A stretch of 64,000 nucleotides of DNA from Podarcis gaigeae. Lineage: Eukaryota. Under the pieces are notes generated by a model that ran no database searches, was not told where the DNA came from, and saw only the letters and a program-made list of their open reading frames with translations. Where the stretch lies: the NCBI GenBank assembly GCA_964106915.2, contig OZ066927.1. One strand, written 5' to 3'. Positions within the stretch are counted from its first letter, which is position 1. Every line of letters begins with the position of its first letter. The position numbers and the translations under genes are program-made. Shown here piece after piece: positions 51,101 to 60,100 of the stretch.

Positions 51101-54100
51101 TTTCATGCACCCATAAAGATTTCCTCACAACCACTCCCACACTGCAGCCCCAAATATGATGAAAATGGGTGAGCCCATTTTTTTATCAAGTGATTATCTG
51201 ATTATCGAGAAACAAGTGGAATGATTTCCCAGGATGGAAAATGAACCACCACATAATGTTGTGTTGGAGGAAAATGTGTTGTCAGCCCTAACATCTGGTG
51301 GCCCAATGACAAGGAGGGAACCAAAATGCATCTCCTGACACAAAGCACAGGAAGAATGTAAGAAGAGCCCTGGCAGATCATAAGAACATATCCACAGCCT
51401 CCTGGATCAGGCCAGTGACCCATCTAGTCCAGCATCCTTGTTCTCACAGTGGCCAACCAGATGCCTGTGGAGAGCCTGCAAGCAGGACCTAAGTGCAACA
51501 GCCACTCTCTCCACTCATGATTCCTGGCAAGTGGGATTCAGAGGCAATCCTGAGATACATGGTCTGACTTGGCACACAGCTGTTTCCCATGTCCTAAATC
51601 AGCCTCTCCCATGGAAGATGCAATAACCCATAAGAACACAGGAAGAGTGATGCTGGACCAGGCCAAAGGCCCAATTAGTGCAACATCCTGTTCTCAGAGT
51701 GGCCAACCAGATGCCTCTGGGATGCCTGCAAGCAAGACCTGAGTCCTCTCCACACCTGTTATTCTCAGAAAGTGATACTCAGGGGCCTACAGCTGCCAAT
51801 GTTGGAGGTAAAACATAGCCATCATGGCTAGTATTCCCCATCCATTCTTGTACTATAGAAGCTCTCCTCACTGCCACCACAAACATCAATAGGCATTTTA
51901 TGGGTATTAAAATAAAGAGATGCAGTACATAAAAATAAATTCTGGCAACTATGGTGAGTAAAAAAACACAGAACAATTCAAGGCGAGTGAAAAACAGCTC
52001 ACAGACAGCACTGAGCCACAGAGGTGGGTGAAGGGACCACGATGGGGGGTTTCTCTCTCCAGAAAACATCAGATCAGGCAGCTAAAATTATTGCCGCCGT
52101 TCTCTTGTAACTGTCACCTGTGGTGGGTATAATTACAGGTTACTGCCGCAAGCACGCCCACCTCATATGGCAGTAAAAAGGACCCACTGCTTGCCAAGCC
52201 CAGGCGCACAATGGAGAAGACGCACCATCTAACTGAGTCCAAAAAAGAGAACAGCCAGGGAGACTAATAAAAATGACAGCTTAGAAACAAAAATGATAAA
52301 GCTCTGAAGCTTCGGAAACCAACCAACGCACACACACACAAGCTAGCTAGTTGGCAATGTAAGTACTGAGCTCAGTTCTCTGACAGTTCAGGGCAATGCA
52401 AGCAGTTTGAATTGTCTCCTTGTTTCCTTTCTGCTGGGTTTGGGTTTTTTAGTTCTTCCTTCCTGCCATAAAATGCTTGCACAAGTTATTAAGAACCAGG
52501 AGGGTGGACCAAATCAGCAAAACAAAATGAAAGGCAGGACTAGCAAGCCACGAAGAGTATTCAAAATGGAACAAAGGTTAGCTTTGGAAAGGCTGTATCT
52601 CAGTGGTAGATCATCTGCTTTGCATGAAGAAGGTTCAGTCTCTGACATCTCCATGTTCTCTGCATGAAACTTTGGAAAGCCACTGCCGGTCAGTGTAGGC
52701 CATGGGTAGGCAAACTGAGGGACAGTGGAGTGGCCCCCTGCTGAAAACTTTTGCTGACTCCTGCTGTAGACAATACCGAGGTAGTTGGATCAAAAGCATC
52801 ACTCCATGTTTCTAAAGGCACCTTATTGCTCTCTCTTCCCAAGCACCACAGCATCAATGCGCAAAAATAAAGGTATCCACCATTTGTGGCTCAGCACACT
52901 TGAGAGATCATGGGTGGCCAGTGTGGAACACTAGATAAATATGAAAAGCCTGATCCAGCAGGCTCTCCTTGTGTTCTTATGGGTAAGTTGCAATGTTCAG
53001 AGCAGCAAAAATATGACATATATAGGATCTGTACCACTTGTGTGGCCCACCCAAGCTACAACTCTGCATGCACAGAAAATATAAATATGTTCATTGGAGG
53101 CACCACTTTCTCATGGGAGACAGAACTAGACCTGCCTCCCCCTCCAAATCCTGTCCAGCCAGAACCTGGAGATCATCTACCTCCCCAAACGTTGGTGATG
53201 CTCACCAGAGGGGAGGGAGGAGCCAGCACTTCAGCCCCCACCAGAGGAGAAGGGGACCACCACCTTCCCACTCTGCTCCTGTGTTGTAGCCTCCCTCTCC
53301 CATTCCTCCTCACCTTCCACCAGAGTCTGCCCTCCTGGGTTTTACCCAAAGGGGCTGTGACACTCGTGACAGCGTGCAAAATAATGGGGGATGACCATAT
53401 GTTTGTAATGGGGAGAAGGGCTATAATTTATCGAATAGGAAGAGATGTACATCAGAGGCCATGTACACAGACCATGAGAGACATATAAAGCTTTTTCATA
53501 TGATACCTATGAAGAGCCCTGCTAAGGGTCCAGCATCCCACAATGCTATGGTTTCCCACAATGGCCAACTAAATGCCTATGGGAATCCCACAAACAGATG
53601 CCTATGGGAAGCCCACAAGGTGATAGCAGTTGTATGGTGGGGTACTGGTTAGTGTCAGAGACTGGCTAAATGGGGAAGATTGATTGGTGGGAGTTGGGTG
53701 GGCTCTGAAGATTTAGATACCAGATTCTGGTGGTGGGAGACTGAAGAGAAATCTGCAGAAGAGACAAGCTGGGAGCTGGGTTGAGTGATCAAAGGCGGTC
53801 AAGAGAAGGAGGCCCTTCCAGGACATAGTTAGAGGTCGAGAGTCACAGTGTGAGCACAGACTGTCCCAGTCCTGCTGACTCTCCTCCCCCTCTGACACCC
53901 TGTTCAAGGAGAGACTTGCACATTTGCTGAGCAACAGATCAGGCAGGCCCAGAGGAGGAGCTCACCCCATCAATGCAGGTTTTGTCTGCTTGGGAAGGAT
54001 CCAGACTGAAAGGCTAGAAGGAGAGGATGCAGCTAGTGGTCAGTTTCAGTAACATCTCAGCTGGATTAATACAGGCTGGAGGACTCTGCTGCATTGTTAT

Positions 54101-57100
54101 TTTCTGTTAATAAAGAGCTAATTGCATTCTGTGCCTCCCATATGTGTGCCTGCCCTGTGGTTGACCTGGCTCGTTGATGGCTCCTTGACAGAGTGCTGGA
54201 CTAGGACCTGAGAGACCAGGGTTCAAATCCTCACTCTGCCATGAAGCTCACTGGGTGAGCTCGGGCCAGTCACTGACTCTCAATTGAGCTCACAGGGTTA
54301 TTGTGGGAGTTAAATGAGGGAAAGAACCATGTGTGCCATATCTGGAGCCCCTTGGAGAAAAACATGGGACATAAATGCCATAAATAAATAGTGTTCTGCC
54401 ATAGGTGACCCCACTGCAGCTGGTAGTCAGTGGCATGTTGCCTCTGAACTGAGAGGTTTTATATGTGGTCAATAGTGATGGTCTTTTCCCTAAACTAAAG
54501 GTAAAGGTAAAGGGACCCCTGACCATTAGGTCCAGTTGTGGACGACTTTAGGGTTGCAGCGCTCATCTTGCTTTGTTGGCCTAGGGAGCTGGTGTACAGC
54601 TTCCGGGTCATGTGTCCAGCATGACTAAGCCGCTTCTGGAGAACCAGAGCAACTCACAGAAATGTCATTTACCTTCCCGCCAGAGTGGTACCTATTTATC
54701 TACTTGCACTTTGACCTGCTTTTGAACTGGTAGGTTGGCAGGAGCAGGGACCGAACAATGGGAGCTCACCCCGTCGCAGGGATTCAAACCGCTGACCTTT
54801 TGATCAGCAGGTCCTAGGCTCTGTGGTTTAACACACAGCACCACCCGCCTCCCTCTTTCCCTAAACTAAAAAGTCCCAAATGCCGCAACTTTTCCACATA
54901 ACAGAGTTACTCCATCCCCTTGAACATTGCCCTTGTCTAAACTTTTCCAATTCTACAGGGGAGTTTTTTCGAGGTGAGGTGACCAAGTCTATTTTAGCTG
55001 ATGAACATGATTTTTATTTTGTTTTGTGAGAGTAGGAAATCAAGAAGTCTGCTACCAGATGGTGCCCTCTGATTTCACGTTTAGAATTCAGTTGGACTGG
55101 TTAAAAAAAACCCTTTGACTTAGTTCAAAACTGGTGATGGGAATATGTCCTCCATCTGAGGGCCCCACCCTCAATATCTGCTGTCTGAGGTGGCTGCCTT
55201 ACTCTGCCTAATGGTAGAGCTAGTATTGTAGAAAACTCATATTGGTTCTCTCTATTTACCCTCCTGTATCATCAAAGCTGGTGAGGCCGCTTAAGCCTTC
55301 ATTCAAGTAAGGCATATTTCATAAGAAAAAGCCCCAGCTTGCATACAAACTTGTCTGTACAGACTTTTAAAGGGCTGGAGTAAGGGTGGAGGAGAGACAG
55401 TCAAATACAACGTCCTTTTAATTTCCCTCATATTACAGTAATTGCATTAAGAAAACTGTAATTTCATTAAATGGCATAATTACCATTAATACTTGGCAAA
55501 CTGTCAATAGAAGGGGTAATTATTCCGAAGAAAAAATTATAAGCAGAATGTGCAACGATGCATAATTCCCCACAACAGCAATCCAACGCTTAAAATTTAC
55601 CTTTAAAATGTTTTTAAAATATGTATTACCCAGTGGTAGCAATTAGCTCCATGTGGCAGGCGTAACTTTCAGGACCAAAAATCTGCAGAGGGAGCTTTTC
55701 AGCAGAGATTTAGAAGGCAATTCAAAGCAACTTCCCAAACACTATTAAAAGGAGGAATCTTGGAATATGTTTCACTTTTGCATTCATTAGGAGAAGCACA
55801 CACAAAAATGTGTATAAATTTTCATGCACTTTTGGGGTTTTTTAAAGAAAAGTTTGCAAACTCATACAGGAATGCAACAGACTGAATTTTTTTGCATTGG
55901 ATCAGATTGTTATTACGTGTGTGATCTTTGCTGTCTATTTAGTTGTTTCTTCAGCTTTTAAACTGCCTTGGGTATAGTAACACAGAAAGGTGGCATACAA
56001 ATTGATAGTGAAATGAAAATGAGCTCATGATTGGGGGAAATGAGAAATCGAGAGAAACTGAAAATTTACAGGTTCAGCCATCCCTAGATCCTAGTCATGT
56101 ACCTGCCCACCACGATACTAGCCAGCTGTTTCCATCAGAAGACAGAAAGCATCCTTATAAAAACAACTAAACGTTAATAGATGATCTATTAACACAAAGA
56201 GATCATGAAAATATATATGGAATTGTTGCTAATTGTTTTGTCATTGAGGCTCTTAACTGTGAGATTGCTTCAAGATATTTTGTGGGATGAGACTCCTAAA
56301 TGAAATCATATAAATTAAATATATGAATTTGTGTGCTTGTGTGTGTGTGTGTGTGGATGAGAGCGGAGGATGTGGATTTGAAGTCACAATTGAAAAAAAC
56401 AACAGTGGGATTTTGGCTGCTGGGACTTGCTGATGAGACTCTTTCCTATTTTTATTTTCAACCAATATAGGCTAAAGAGTGAGAGAACGACCAAAGATGA
56501 TGAGAATCAGGGCAGAATTATTTCCTGCATTATTCTGGCAAGTGGCACACCCAAGAGCTGCTAGGGTGTAACCAAACCGTTAATTTAAAGAAAACGAGGC
56601 TTTGCAGAAACTCAGAGATGGAACGGAAAAGGTCTATCAACATATCCTGACAAATCAGCCCAGAATCATATCCACCCACTAAGGGCAGGTCACAATTTAG
56701 AACCAGAACACAAACTTCTGCAAAATGAGCAAGTGGCTCTGAATCAAGACTGAGAATTTATTTCAATAACACACCAAGATAATTTTATCAGTGGTCAACC
56801 ATATACAGTTAAGTAATATGAATAATAATTTTTAAAAAAACAGGACAGTGCTGAATGTTCTCTTGTTCTACTGCAGGGGTGAGGAACCCCAGTCAGCACA
56901 GAGGGTGAGAAGTCTTCTTCTCCATGGCTAAAAAGTGCCCCTTTCAGGCTGACTGGGGGGCTCCAGGACACTGCAGAAAGGGGGCTTGCTGCAGAAATAG
57001 TAATGAGTCTGTGACTGTCAGGGACTGGACTGAGAAGGAATGGTGAAGACCACCCACCCCTTCCTGAACCTTCCCAAGAACAGGAGGACATTGTTGATTT

Positions 57101-60100
57101 AGAATAGCGGTTTGCAGAAGGTCATAGTTCAGAGGCTGCAGAGGGGAAGAGCTAGGAAATATTGGGAGAGTAGCAGGAAGAAAAAGCACCAGGGGAGAGA
57201 CAGCTGACAGATTCAGTGTCTTTGGAAAGCATTTCTGAACCCCCCTCCAGGACCCGATGTGCATTGAGAGTAGTAGAACAGAAAGCTCAGAGGCAAAAAG
57301 CGCAGGTCAGCTAGCGCAGGGTTGAAGTAGAACAGGAGAGACAGAGGGGTGGAACTTTACTTGGAGCTACGCCATTATCTGAGAGTCCATCTCTCTCTGT
57401 GAATTTTGAATAAAATAACATGGTAAGAACTTTTTGTTTTCCCATTGCTGGCTGCCAGCCGTGAGGGAGGGGGAGCCTGACAGTGACCTCCCTCCCCCTG
57501 CGCAACCGCAGACTGCTAAACCCCTGACTGGGACACTTCCCAGGCCATGCTCCCCAGGCTCACAAACCCTCTCTGACCCAGCTCTTAGACTTCCTTCTGT
57601 CATTTTACCTGGCTGGAATGTGTGGTAACGCCTCTTGTTTGCCTGGGTGAGGGAAGGATAGAGATGATTGTGCCTGGTCTCTTTCCCCACACCGAGCCCT
57701 GGTATGTGGTTCTCATGAGGAAATGTGTCCCTTGAAATGGAAAGGGCTCCCTACTGCTGCCTTAGTAAGGTAAAGGTAAAGAGACCCCTGACCATTAGGT
57801 CCAGTCATGACTGACTCTGGGGTTGCGGCGCTCATCTTGCTTTATTGGCTGAGGGAGCCGGCGTACAGCTTCCGGGTCATGTTGCCAGCATGACTAAACC
57901 GCTTCTGGTGAACCAGAGCAGTGCATGGAAATGCCGTTTACCTTCCTGTTGGAGCGGTACCTATTTATCTACTTGCACTTTGATGTGCTTTCGAATTGCT
58001 AGGTTGACAGGAGCTGGGAGCTCACCCCAGCGCGGGGATTTGAACCACCAACCTTCCAATCGGCAAGTCCTAGGCTCTGTGGTTTAACCCACAGTGCCAC
58101 CTGTGTCCTGCTGCCTTAGTACTTTATACTATACAAAGGCATATATATCAAATCTGTTGCTCATATTAGGCAATGTCCATCACTGAAACATACCCTCTGC
58201 CTCAGAAGGTTACCCACAAGGGAATGTGACCTTCAGGCTGAAAAGGGTCCCATCACCGCTTCCACAACATGGTATTGGTGTCACAGCACAGTGCAGCTAA
58301 TCAGATTTGGTGACATGACAACCTTGTTAAGAGCAAACAGAAGACTAGCTCTCACTGACTTGGTCAATGGCTGCTACAGGTAGGGGCTCATAGGCAAAGC
58401 TATCACATTAGGGCCAAGTGTAGGCAAGATATTTGTCTATGACGTGTGACTATGTGCAAAGATTTCAGTGTGTTTGTGTACGTATATTATGTAAGGCCAC
58501 ACACCAGATTTTGCATCAAAATGCAATTTTGTTGCTTGCATACAAATAAATAAGCAGATTTACCTGTTCCTGGTTGTTCTGCACAACTTTGGAAAGGCCA
58601 GCTGCTATATGGATGTCGATAGACCCATCCCCAAATATTGACAATCTACCAGACACTGCCTACACAATTTCTAGTTCTTACAGCTGGAAATATCCATTTG
58701 GAACTTTTGGTTTTGAATATGTTATCAGGACATTTGATTCTGCACCTAATACTAGATTTTGTAGCAGGATTTATATGCTTGCCTGGAAATGTAATGTAAA
58801 CTTTACCCTAGAGTTAATAGTGACTACTCTTCCATTGCCAAGAAAGGGGACAGATTTGCAAATAATTTGCACATGCTAGTTTATATGTATATATCCCAAT
58901 GTAGGGGAAATGCTTTTTATCCAACTGAGTTCGACTCACAGTAGACCAATTAAAATTAATGAGTATATCTAATTTAGGCCCCTTAATTTCAATAGGTTTA
59001 CTCTGAGCAAAATGTCATTGGATGCAACCCAATTTCTATAATTTGAACAGAGATTTTGCCACAGTGGGAAAGAATGTGACCAGGGGACCTGTTTGCTCCC
59101 TCAGTCTGCTTTCCAAATGCTGTTAACTGAGGGTGGGGGACAAATTCAAAGCCCAAGCTCTTCCTCCCTATGGTTCTTTATCTCCAAATTAGACTTAGAC
59201 CTCCAAATAGAGGTGCAATTCAACTCCACATGGCTCTGTGAAATATAAATAGCCCATTCCTCCAGACACATACACAGCCCATCATAACAAGGAGCATTTC
59301 ACAGTCATCTACTGAGAAAAGTCATTTATGAGAACACATTTAATTCTGTGAGAAGGCTTAGCCACTTACCACAAATGCTATCACACTCCTGACGGGAGAT
59401 TCCCATAGAAAGCAGCTTTGGAGAAACTGTATCATGTTCCATATTGCCATAGTGATTCTTTTCACACGGTCAACGTTTCTCGACAAGATCTGGTGAGCAT
59501 GAGGTGGGAGGGAAAAGAAGATTCAAAACAAGGAGGACTTTAAAAACAAAACAAAAAGGAACAGGGGCATGATAAAAAAAATTCAAATAAATAAATAAAG
59601 CAAGCTCTTGCGTATCTATCTAACCTTTCTGCATGTGGAAATGCCCTCTCTAGTTAAGTCTGTGTGCTTGGAATGTGTCAACAAATCTATTTACTCCTCC
59701 TTGACTATTCCACCAATGCTAAAGGACAAAATGATAGGAGACAACTATTATTGAAGGGGGGCAGGTAGCCACAGCAGGACGATCACTGGCTGGGAGGTAG
59801 GTACCAACGTTAGCCTCCCCAGCCCTTTTCCACTGTACCTGTAGAACAGCAGCCTGCTGTAGAGGCAAGGTTTGGCTACCCAGAGGCGGAGCTACCTGCT
59901 CCGACACCCGGAGTGGCGCAGAGGTGGGGCTAGCCAGCCTGCGAGGGCAGGGCTAGCTGCCCAAACAGTGAGCATCCCTAGCTGGGCACTAGCCTCCCGC
60001 GGCAAGCGTCCAGGGGGCATGGCAAGTGTGGGGTGCGCTGATGTTGCCCCCCTCAGGGATGGCACCCAGAGCAGACCGCACCCCTGCAACCCCCTTCCTC

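Noticed and set aside
52910-53488. 192-aa plus-strand ORF
   Set aside because: Spans CR1 3' UTR debris and degenerate repeat-like sequence; no homology signal or splice context.
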